Under the pieces are notes generated by a model, which was not told the DNA's origin, searched no databases, and worked only from the letters and a program-made list of their open reading frames with translations. 33,710 nucleotides of DNA from Octopus bimaculoides. Lineage: Eukaryota. The position numbers and the translations under genes are program-made. The stretch is from the NCBI RefSeq assembly GCF_001194135.2, contig NC_068987.1, forward strand, positions 102,758,407 to 102,792,116, read 5' to 3'. Shown here one piece after another: positions 11,966 to 22,791 of the stretch (position 1 is its first letter; each line of letters begins with the position of its first letter).

Positions 11966-12312
11966 TGCACTTACAAACTTCTGTAAAGTTGCATACTTAT
12001 ATGAAAACTCGAGCTTATTCATATCGAAATGCATAAAAATTTCAAAGAATATAATTATATAATCTCGACTATTAGACAAACTTTATAAACAAATGGCGTA
12101 GCGTAAACAGCAACATTACGTGTTGAATGTTATCAGAATAAAACCGAACGACAATACAAAATATCCATTTTGTATTGAATTTCATAGTGTAGAAATTGTA
12201 TGAATTGACTGTCTACCTTAAGGGAGTGTCGTTACCTATTTGTTTATTGATATGTTTATTCTTTTATTAAAGTCATGGCTATCAGCTTGTAAGCAGTAAA
12301 TATTCATTGCAT

Positions 12313-12357
12313 TTTATGGTGTAGATATTTGGTGACACCAAATATCTACACCATAAA
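12313..12357. repeat. Perfect 22-bp inverted repeat with a 1-nt spacer
   Basis: tttatggtgtagatatttggtg-a-caccaaatatctacaccataaa. Confidence 0.95.
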
Positions 12358-12589
12358 GAGAAGATTGTTTCACAATGTTTATTAGGTAGCATCTATTTTC
12401 ATTTGAGATTTGAGATAATTTAGTGGCACAACCTTGGTAATGTTCTTTTATTATGATCCTATATATAGCTATGCCGCGAAAGAATTTCCTGAAACCTATT
12501 ATATAGTTTTACCACTTTTTAATGAGTTAACAGTTAACAATTTTACATAGAAAACAAACCTTAAAAATAACGAGTAGACGAAAGCAATA

Positions 12590-12811
12590 CATTTCTTTAT
12601 TGCCCACAGGAGGCTAAACATAGAGAGGACAAACAATGAGATGAAGTCCATTACATCGACTCCAGTGCGTAACTGGTACTTAATTTATCGAACCCGAAAG
12701 GATGAAAGGCAAAGTTGACCTCGGCGAAATTTGAACACGGAACATAACAGCAGACGAAATACCGCTAGGCAGTTTGCCCGGCGTGCTAACGATTCTGCCA
12801 GCTCGCCGCCC
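12590..12811 (-). mobile_element. tRNA-derived SINE, family A (type-1 tail)
   Basis: Full head, core and tail; 10-bp direct repeat gaaagcaata at 12580-12589 and 12816-12825 (TSD). Confidence 0.92.
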
Positions 12812-14093
12812 TGAGGAAAGCAATAGGTTGATCATGCACGTATGCATGATTTGTGACAAATTTCTCTAAGAGAAGTGATGCGTTATTGCAGTTGAACTTT
12901 AGATTAGTATTATTAGGTTTTTATTTCCTTCTGGTTAAAACTTACTGTAATTTGCAAGAAGTTATGATTTGATAAACAGATATTTATGTTGTTTTTATTC
13001 AACAAATTATGGTATCTATGGTTTGGTAGAAAAATGTATGTTTCTGTGATATACATTCGTAATTTTGACGTTCGACGTGCAGCCACAACACTCCAATCAT
13101 AACACAGTTCAATTCTTATCGTTTTTAATCTATACAATCATTACTATTTTCACAACTATGATATTTTTATCAGACAATTTTATTGTTTTGCATTTTTTGT
13201 CCAAATATCTTAATTTAGTTCAGTTATTTAGCTTACATGTCTCCATTATATTAATCCTACATCACTTCTGCTCTTGGATAAGTTAATAATTCCTTCAGAA
13301 ACCTCTGTAGTCTATAGTTTCCCTATTCCCTCACGTTCAAATTTGTATTCCAGACGCTCTTATACACTATACAGCGTATATTATTTTTTGCTATTTATCC
13401 AGATTTTCTTAGTAACAAATCATACAATTTATGACCTTCTACTTCTTTTTTGTTTTAATTTTCGTACATAATAGTTTCGGAACTTTATGTTTTCAGTAAC
13501 AGATTTTGACTTTAATTACCTCCTACAAATTCAAATATTATATTTCTTTATCATCACTTATCTTAATATATTTTTTTTCCTTCCATTTCCTCCCTTTTTT
13601 ATATTCCTCATTATCTTCTTCACCTTCCCATACTTTTATTTCTTTTAATTTTATTCTTTCTTTATTTTCTCATTTTTATTACATCTGGTTCATTATCTCC
13701 CTCCTCCTGAAATATTAAAACTGTCTCACCACACTCCCACACGATTCCCGACTGATAACAAACCGCAAATCTTTCCCAACATATGTAGTCAAATTCACGA
13801 CAAATTTTAACAATTTTTCAAAAAAACATTTTAACATTTTTAACCTTTTGACATTTCAACCGCAGACTCTTTCGCTACATCTGCCACTTGCTGCCCATTC
13901 ACAGTCATGGGTTTTATTTCTATATTCTTCCCCCAGCTCAAATAAAATTTGCATACTCTTATTTGCATTTCTTATTACATTTTATCTGTTAAGCATTGGT
14001 ATCAATAATTTTTAATATATCAACATTATCGTATGCAGAAAATCTACATTCACATTACTGATACTTATTTGTATCTTACTATATTGCTATTAA

Positions 14094-14122
14094 TGTTGTT
14101 GTTGTTGTTGTTATTATTATTA

Positions 14123-14157
<35 letters not shown>

Positions 14158-14180
14158 TTTCTTATCATTATTATTATCAC
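14094..14180. repeat. (GTT)n/(ATT)n microsatellite, left part of an array split by insertions
   Basis: The array resumes at 14546-14560 and 14774-14826. Confidence 0.93.
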
Positions 14181-14181
14181 T

Positions 14182-14537
14182 GTGGAGGCACAATGGCCCA
14201 GTGGTTAGGGCAGCGGACCCGCGGTCATACGATCGCGGTTTCGATTCCCAGACCGGGTGTTGTGAGTGTTTATTGAGCGAAAACACCTAAAGCTCCACGA
14301 GGCTCCGGCAGGGGATGGTGGAGAACCCTGCTGTACTCTTCCACCACAACTTTCTCTCACTCTTACTTCCTGTTTCTGTAGTGCCTGTAATTCAAAGGGT
14401 CAGCCTTGTCACACTGNNNNNNNNNNGGCACAGGTGTCTGTGGAGTGGTCAGCCACTTGCACGTTAATTTCACGAGCAGGCTGTTCCATTGATCGGATCA
14501 ACTGGAACCCTCGACGTCGTAAGCGACGGAGTGCCAA
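14182..14537 (+). mobile_element. tRNA-derived SINE, family B (tRNA-Arg-like head)
   Basis: Head tggcccagtggttagggcagcggac..gatcgcggtttcgattcccagacc has A and B boxes and resembles tRNA-Arg. Colinear with 24535-24903. Contains a 10-N gap at 14417-14426. Confidence 0.92.
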
Positions 14538-14560
14538 TCACCACCATTATTATCATTATT

Positions 14561-14773
14561 AAAGCGGCGAACTGGCAGGGTCATTAGCACGCCAGGCGAA
14601 ATGCTTAGCGGTATTTCGTCTGTCTTTACGTTCTGAGTTCAAATTCCGCGGAGATCGACTTTGCCTATCATCCTTTCAGGGTCGATAAAGAAAGTACCAG
14701 TTGCGTACTGCGGTCGATCTAATCGACTAGCCGCCTCCCCCAAATTTCAGACCTTGTGCTTATAGTAAAAAAG
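14561..14773 (+). mobile_element. tRNA-derived SINE, family A (type-2 tail)
   Basis: Full length; flanked by attattatcattatt (14546-14560) and attattatcagtatt (14774-14788), a 15-bp TSD with 1 mismatch. Confidence 0.92.
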
Positions 14774-14826
14774 ATTATTATCAGTATTATCATTATTATT
14801 ATGATTATTATTATTATTATTATTAT

Positions 14827-17700
14827 GAAAGATTCTTGGATAATTTTTAATTACCGGTTATTGTTTACGTGGCAATAATAAATCACCAAAGGTTTCACTT
14901 AGTGCCTTCTGTGACTCAAGGAGACAATACTCTCCTTAGAATGCGAGCTGTACCCAACAATGCTGTCTTCTGGATCACTTCGAGCCTGAAGCAGCTCCAC
15001 TATTCTTAATATGTTTTCAAAGCCCTTGGAAATTGCTCCTAATGCTCAAATTACTACCGGTATCACCATTACTTTCCTATTTCGTCCCGAAGTGGATGGT
15101 ATTACTCAATCCTTTCTGTTTTTCTTACAGTTCACCCTCGAATCTCCTGGTATTGAAACATCTATTTTCTTTGCTTCTTTTCCGTCTTTGTGGATGGTCA
15201 CGATATCTGGCCTCCTTGCCTTTGTGACTTGGTCACACTGTATGTTAAATTCCACAGTATTTTGTAATTATCGTTTGCTATTACTCCTTCTGGCTTGTGT
15301 TCATACCATTGTTCACCTCTCTCGAGGTTTGAGTTACCGCACAACAGCCAATGGATATATCTGGCCACATTGCCGCGTCTCCTTTTGTATTCGCATTGTG
15401 CGAGCTTACAGCACTCACAATATGGCTTATACTTTCTCCCTCTCCCTTCGCAAAGCACACCTTACACTGTGGCGAGTCAGCGCTTTTATCAATGTGATAT
15501 TTGGAGTAGTTTGTTCTGAGAGCTTGTTCTTGAGACTGCACACTAATGCTTCAGTGGAACCTTATAAGTTTTCTTTCTGCAGCCATTGCCAAGTACTTTT
15601 CCAATGAACCTCATCTTTATTCTTCAGGAACTGACTGTGCCTTTTCTTGTCCTGCCAAATTATCTTCATCTACTCTCTATGGTGTTTCTTAAATTGTGTT
15701 AGATTTGGGCCTTCGTTCACTTTTAAGGTTCCCTCCATTTTCACTGCTTCAATCATTTATTTTTTACTCCTCTTGACATACCAAGTCAGGCTATTCTACT
15801 CCTCCCTTACACAACCTTCACAACACACTAATCCGCGACCTCCTTCTTTCCTCTTTACATACGATCTTGACACATCACTTTTGAGGTGTAGTTCCCTGTT
15901 CATTGTCATTAATTTACGTGTTCTCCAATCTGAATCTTGTAATTCATGTTTCTTCCAAGATATTATTCCTGTCCTATGTCTCATCATAGAAACTGACCAT
16001 GTGTTAATTGCTCTGATCTTACAACAGCCATTTTGCGTCGATTGGAGCACAAGCTGAGGTCTCCTCAAACACTGTTTCCTGTGCATTTCTTTCATCTTGT
16101 GTTCATTCATCTTATCTCTTTCAGTGATACCCAGGTACATATATCCTTCCTCTCCGACTTCCTTTATAGTTTCGCCACATTCCAGCTTGATCCCATGGCT
16201 TTTGCTGATTTTCCCCCTTTTGTGAATCATTACAGCACATTTCTCGATCCAAAATTCCATGCCAATATCTTTGCTATTCATCTTCACAGTTGCCGTCAAA
16301 CTCAATTTCTTTCTCAGTCTTAGCGAATAGCTTGAAGTTATCCATAAAACACAAGTTGTTTACTTTCACCCTGCCAAGCATGTATCCCATACGCATCTTT
16401 CTTAAAACGCTGGTGAGTGGCAGTATGCAGACAACAAACAGGAGAGGTGACAGACTGTCTCCTTGAAAGATTCCTCTTTTGATATTTATCTGTCCCAGCT
16501 AATCTCCCCATACTGTGAGTTCAGTTCGACACGTTGTCATTGAGTTTTGTATTAACTTCAGCATATTCTATGTGACCTTAAGCAGTTTAAGGCATTCAAT
16601 AATCCACGAGCGTGAGAGCATGTCATATGCTTTTCTGTAGTCCACCCATACCATCGCCAAATTTGTGAGTGTCTCTTCTTGCAGTAAGCCAGGATTAGGG
16701 TATGGATTAGGGTTAGCCAGGATAATCTTATGGATTAACAGTAATTGATCCTTCGTTCCTCTGCTCTTACGTCCACTGGTAGTAGGTCATTATCCTCTAG
16801 GTATTTATATATGCTGTTTGATATGATGGCCGTCATCAGTTTCCACATCAGTGGCAAACAAGATATAGGTCGGAGATTTCCAACCGCATTCCCTTTACTG
16901 GGGTCCTTCTAGCATAGTATCCTTCCTCCCTTTGTCATCCTGGCAGGTTCTTGGATGTCACTACTCAGTATTTCGTTCAGCTGTCTTGCAATTCTCCTGT
17001 GCAGAGTTGTCAAGTTTTTAAGCTAAAATCATCTCCTCGGTTATTCTCAATTTCTTCTACTGATAGTCTTCACGCTCCTCTTTCAGTGTCTTTAACCACT
17101 CTGCTTCAGTTTCGTGTTGTTTCTCCTTAGACCGCATGTTTGTCTAGAATCTTTTGTTTTCTCCAGCATCCGGCACGGCGTTTTCACCTTTTTCTTTCCC
17201 ATCCAATTCCTGATAGTCTCATATCTGATTTTGTTCGAAAAGTATTTTTAATCTGTCTTTCTCGATTTTCTGTTCGTATCTCTTTAGTTTAAGAGCTTTA
17301 GCTTTCAACCAATGCTTTAATTCCCCAATCACAATATTGACTCCCTTTCCCTTCACCCTATATTTCCTCTCTAGCTCAACATATTTCTCTCGATGAGCTT
17401 CATTTCTTATTCTTCCGTTTCAGAATATTAACATACTTTGTGGTCTCGTTAATAGTCTGCGTTATTTTCCTCTTCCACTATGGTTCCTTCAGGTTATGTT
17501 GACATTTACCTTTGGCTTTCAATCCTAACTTCCGGGCTATAAAGATCGAGATTTCAATTATCAGACAGTTGGTGTTTGTGATGTTGTCATTCCTGATATC
17601 TCATGAGATATCATTTATCTTCCTCACCCTTTCATTGAGTTTCTTTCTGTCTACTTTTTCTAAACCCCGTATAAAAGCTCTGTTCACCAGAGGTCCAAGT
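14827..17700 (-). mobile_element. Decayed R4/Dong-clade non-LTR retrotransposon (RT, CCHC knuckle, RLE), 5'-truncated, 3' end in (TAA)n
   Basis: KEP.WKRKI; [16 protein letters not shown]; VWVDYRKAYD; KRGIFQGDSLSPLLF; FMDNFKLF; DIGMEF.IEKCA; KRKEGGRGL; C-x2-C..H knuckle followed by KLAQ.EYKRR..WYEHKPEGV; terminal QKTALLGTARILRRVL with stop at 14916-14918; about 90-nt 3' UTR, then (TAA)n on the element strand. Many stops and frameshifts. Confidence 0.93.
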
Positions 17701-17799
17701 ATCAATGATTTAATTTAAAATGGATGTCTGTTCCTCGGTTCTCTCATCGCTTCCCTGATCAATATTGGAAAAGTATTTCCTTTATGATGATGAGTCGCA

Positions 17800-18298
17800 C
17801 TGAGTAATAAAATGCCGACATTATGACTGCTGCTCCATGTTTGTAAAGGCTGTAAGATGTGACATGCACATCATGAAAACGAAGCTCCTGCAAACTGTGA
17901 TGGTCTTGGGTATGATGGTGATATCATGGCGCCCCACATTTTGAACAGAGTCTTAGGCGGCTATGTGAAGTTAATTGGGAATTGTTATCAAACCTTGCTA
18001 GAAAGGGTTGCTGTTGGAAGGCTTGGTGGTAAACCTCCTGAAAGAGTCAGAAGCGGACATCAGGGAATTTTTACGAATACACCAACCCCAATGTATTAAC
18101 TGTTCCATTTGAAATCCCATAGATTACTAGGGGTAGGGTTGAGGAAGCCACCAAGTGTCCTTACTGCTACATCATGGCCGAGCAGAGGCCGTGGTGCATG
18201 CTGGGAGCGGGAACACTAAGTAAAATATTTTTCCAAATATAATCTAATTGAATTTTTCCGATTTTTGAAATACTTGAATTTTTGGACGGGCTATTGTA
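17800..18298 (+). mobile_element. Decayed Tc1/mariner transposase remnant (DD37D/maT-like)
   Basis: Frameshifted pieces MKTKLLQTVMVLG, DGDIMAPHI, GYVKLI, LERVAVGR, KSQKRTSGNFYEYTNPN, NPIDY, EAVVHAGSG-stop match the mariner catalytic domain and C-terminus (TKFP..VMV.G..PPH.F..NP.DY..EAV..A.GG). Internal deletions. Confidence 0.72.
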
Positions 18299-18479
18299 TT
18301 TTCTTTTCCTTTTACAGAAGCTATCAAATTTAACTTGAACACCATGCATTTCATTTTCTTCTATTGGAGTCTTTCCAGACTTGGAGTCAGGACAGGTTCA
18401 TTTACCAGAGCCAGTATACATAGCTATGATTAAGAATACTAGAGTTATGTAGAATTCTGATGTAATTCGCCTGTTAAGG

Positions 18480-18639
18480 TTATTTCTACAGATTTTCTTT
18501 AGAAATTACAGTTAGCTTTGATTGTCATACGACGTTTCGTATCTGAGACGCCTGGTGTAAACATTAGACGTCTGAGATACGAAACGTCGTAGCAAAATCA
18601 GTACTGGCTATGCTTTCTATAGAAAATCTGTAGAGATAA
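18480..18639. repeat. 160-bp imperfect fold-back (MITE-like or hairpin)
   Basis: Outer arms 18480-18505 / 18614-18639 (24/26 complementary); inner arms 18528-18550 / 18569-18591 (22/23); the intervening 18 nt can pair further, leaving a TAAA loop. Confidence 0.85.
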
Positions 18640-18936
18640 AATTAATTTGTTATGTAATAGCACTTCTAACACAGTAGAATACAGCATTGACTTATAAAAG
18701 CGTTCTATCTATTTTGTAGTATATTATGGTCGCATAAGGAAATACGGTCCCTACAGGACATAGATATCAACGTAGCTCTATCTACTGAGCCGCCGCTGTA
18801 CATTGCGTAGTTCTTTAATACTTCGTTGTCTTGTGGCTTAGCATGAATAATAATACCAGCGAAAATAGATTCTTAGTAGGCTCATCACTGTCATGATCAA
18901 CACACATACGCAGTATTATCAATACCAAGTAGAATC

Positions 18937-19369
18937 AAAATGCAGTGAGCTGGCAGAAACTTTAGCACGCCGGACGACATGCTTAGCGGTTTTTCGTCTG
19001 TGTTTACGTTCTGAGTTCAAATTCCGCCGAGGTCGACTTTGCCTTTCATCCTTTCGGGGTCGATAAATTAAGTACCAGTTAGACACTGGGGTCGATGTAA
19101 TCGACTTAATCCCTTTGCCTGTCCTTGTTTGTCCTCTCTACGTTTAGCCCCTTATGAGTAATAAAGAAATAAGAAACGTTAGCACGCCGGGCGACATGCT
19201 TAGTGGTATTTCGTATGTCTTCACGTTCTGAGTTCAAATTCCGCCGAGGTCGACTTTGCCTTTCATCCTTTCGGGGTCGATAAATTAAGTACCTGTTGTG
19301 TACTGGGGTCGATTTAATCGACTGGTCCCCTCCCCTAAAATTTTGGGTCTTGTGGCTAGAATAGAAAAG
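18937..19369 (+). mobile_element. Dimeric family A SINE (type-1 copy 18937-19171 fused to a type-2 copy 19172-19369 lacking its first ~11 nt)
   Basis: Two colinear heads and cores; the whole unit is flanked by aataccaagtagaatc (18921-18936) and aataccaggtagaatc (19370-19385). Confidence 0.92.
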
Positions 19370-19419
19370 AATACCAGGTAGAATCTATTCTCTTTGTTGT
19401 GAGATATCACCACCAAATC

Positions 19420-19687
19420 TGACACGAGGATCACCCCCACCATCACAAATGGCATTATCCATCCCCGTCACCATCATCCGAGCCATTACCTTTATTTGTG
19501 TCATCATTATCATCATCATACACACCACTGCTACTCCCATCATCGTCTCTATCACTATCACCATCGTCGTCGTCGTCGTCATCATCGTCGTTGTCTTCAA
19601 CATCTTAACCTCTTCTACCACCAAAACAACCACAACAGAAATAATCTAAAATTGCTGATAATAACAACACCAAAAATAACAAACATA

Positions 19688-19747
<60 letters not shown>

Positions 19748-19753
19748 GTGATG

Positions 19754-19807
<54 letters not shown>

Positions 19808-19945
19808 TCACCGCCAGCATTACAAGCATTATCACATTTCCACCTTCGTTACCATCACAACCATCAAAATAATAATTCTTCATCTCAGACCAATCTCCAC
19901 CTCATCTTCATCATCATGATCACCATCATTGTAATCATCAAAATG
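19420..19945. repeat. Compound trinucleotide low-complexity array (CAT/CAC/CGT, GAT, AAT, CAT)
   Basis: Direct reading; explains the poly-His/Met/Ile ORFs. Confidence 0.92.
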
Positions 19946-20155
19946 CTAGAGAACAACACCATCATACAACTACAACACAATGTCGAACTCTTCCCTACAG
20001 GCTCGCATGTTTCAGCTTTAATCGTGTCGGAATCCTATTTTCACTTCATTAGAGGATAAATGTAAAGAAAGAAACCCAAGATATAAGCCTTACATAAGTG
20101 CGCCTACAATATATGCACTTATGTTTATGTCAGTGTACATTTAAATGTATACGTG

Positions 20156-20171
20156 AGTGTGTATGTGTGTG

Positions 20172-20225
<54 letters not shown>

Positions 20226-20389
20226 TACATACATATATCCACTGACATATCTATTTAGAAATACACATTTAAACACATAGGTATTTATATACATACGTAT
20301 TTATACACACAAACATATACGCACTTTATACTCATTCATATGTATTAATACGCACATAAACACACACACACACATATATATATATACAT

Positions 20390-20453
<64 letters not shown>

Positions 20454-20640
20454 GTACATATATATATATACGTATATATATATATATATATATACAAGTA
20501 TATATTTATTATTGTATGTTTATGTTTATACATATATACACACACACACACACGCACACATAGACACATATATATGTATACATACATACATGCATCCATA
20601 CATACACACATACACACACTGACGCACACAGACACACATA
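20156..20640. repeat. (GT)n and (CA)n/(TA)n microsatellite cluster
   Basis: Direct reading. Confidence 0.93.
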
Positions 20641-21390
20641 TACGCTCATGTACACGTGCGTAAACGTTTTGTGTTATTTCATGTCGTTTGGGAATTTTCT
20701 TTAAAACCGACTAAAGAATAAGTAACAAGTAACAATTTTTATCTTCGCTTTCATTGTTGCTCTTATTACCGATGTACAACTCATTAATCGTATTTGTTTT
20801 TATACTTGTTTCGTCTCTTGATTCATCACTTTGTTATTGCCTTCCAATTTTTAATGTTCTGACTGGTATCTATTTATTATTCTGTTAGTGGTGTTCTGTT
20901 ATTTCTAGTGATATTGAGGCGGATGATGGTGGCGATTATTAGTGCTCTGTCGATGATGTAGTTGTACTTGTGCTTGTTGTTATTTTAGCAGAAATCTCGT
21001 CTGAAATAAAGACAAAAACAACATAAAAAAATAATAAAAGAGAGAAATAATAAACTGCTAGCAGATAGAAGATAAGCAGCAGAAAAAAAAGCATATTCCA
21101 TTTTTTTTACGCCATTTTTCTGCTAAATGCACATTTGGCCTCCAGTGATAGAGAAGATAAATAATAGACAAGGAAACACTGTCAGAGACTTGTAGATATA
21201 GATAATACAAAACACATATGCACACACATTCTCACACTTTGTGTGTGTGTGTTTTTCTCTGTGTGTCTGTGTATGTGTGTAATTTATAATAGTGTCTAGG
21301 CGAATCATCACTTTTTAATGAAGAAATAAACTCTAGAGTATAAATTGAGTAAATTTTTCTCCGGTTCTTATACACAGTAATATATACATA

Positions 21391-21391
21391 A

Positions 21392-21454
<63 letters not shown>
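21391..21454. repeat. (CA)n microsatellite
   Basis: Direct reading. Confidence 0.95.
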
Positions 21455-21456
<2 letters not shown>

Positions 21457-21703
21457 AATATATACGATGAAAGTATACATATTACAACGTCACTAGGTAC
21501 ATCTGTAATCATCGAGGCAGTTATATATTGGAAATCTTTACCAACTAACTCGAAATAAATTGAAGCTACGACTAGCATCCACGTGAAGTAAATATAGGTA
21601 AAGAAATTTAATAATAACCATACAACTACAGATCATTTAACTTTATATACATACAAATATACATACATATATATGTATATATATATATATATACATATAT
21701 ATA

Positions 21704-22049
21704 NNNNNNNNNNNNNNNNNNNNNNNNNNNNNNNNNNNNNNNNNNNNNNNNNNNNNNNNNNNNNNNNNNNNNNNNNNNNNNNNNNNNNNNNNNNNNNNNN
21801 NNNNNNNNNNNNNNNNNNNNNNNNNNNNNNNNNNNNNNNNNNNNNNNNNNNNNNNNNNNNNNNNNNNNNNNNNNNNNNNNNNNNNNNNNNNNNNNNNNNN
21901 NNNNNNNNNNNNNNNNNNNNNNNNNNNNNNNNNNNNNNNNNNNNNNNNNNNNNNNNNNNNNNNNNNNNNNNNNNNNNNNNNNNNNNNNNNNNNNNNNNNN
22001 NNNNNNNNNNNNNNNNNNNNNNNNNNNNNNNNNNNNNNNNNNNNNNNNN
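21704..22049. other. Assembly gap (N-run)
   Basis: Ns between (TA)n runs. Confidence 0.99.
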
Positions 22050-22359
22050 ATATATATATATATATATAGCATGAATTAATACTAGGAGAGGGATTTCGTA
22101 TTAGACTTTTATTACCTACAAAATAAACAATCTAAATTACACCTAACTGATGCATATCCATCACCCACAACAACTCGGATAATCCTCACGAGTTAAAACC
22201 TCATATACTAAAAAAGATCCGAATAACATGCATTTAGAAATGTAACTTTACACTCCAGACGTGTAAATATATATAGGTATATGTTTCTATATATATGTAT
22301 GTATGCATGTATGTATTTATATGTATGCGTATGTGATGGTTATATATATATATATATAA

Positions 22360-22791
22360 TAATAATATTAGGGACAAAATCCAAAATTACAGGTTAAAAA
22401 AATTCAATTAAAATCAATTTATAAAAAATTTAAATTAAATTGAGCCTTATAGATAAAGTATATATAAAATATATAGTTTTAGGGAAAATAACCAATTTTC
22501 AAGAACTCATCGATGAAAATCCACTATCACATATAGAAAAATTAATAATTAAAAGCACAATAAATGAGTATAATATAAAGTAAAGTAAATATCATAAGAT
22601 AAATATAATAAAAAGATTACACGTGTTTCGTAACCAATTTTCAAATAGAAAAGAAATTTAAATCGATTAAAATCAATTGAAATTATCGAAAATAAATTCT
22701 ATTCAAAAATATAGCTACTCGTCAGATCGTAAGTAGAACAATAATTAGATATATATCTCAACCAACAATAAGTACCAAATGAATTAATATG
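22360..22791 (-). mobile_element. Possible Penelope-like terminal (pseudo-LTR) remnant
   Basis: Very AT-rich segment starting at a (TA)n run; 14-bp direct repeat taaccaattttcaa (22489-22502, 22631-22644); minus-strand hammerhead-like motif TTGAAAA..CGAAACACGTGTA. The PLE assignment is inference. Confidence 0.35.

Noticed and set aside
13150-14030. Strand-asymmetric pyrimidine-rich region (likewise 10000-10480 purine-rich, 30790-31140 pyrimidine-rich) suggesting old LINEs
   Set aside because: No interpretable protein motif in the frames I translated; left unassigned.
14182-14260. tRNA-like sequences (also 24535-24610, 32260-32320)
   Set aside because: SINE heads: non-canonical anticodon arm and acceptor stem, followed by SINE body, tail and, at 24535, a clear TSD.
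19385-20059. His/Met/Ile-rich ORFs resembling low-complexity proteins
   Set aside because: Trinucleotide microsatellite; no splice or domain support.
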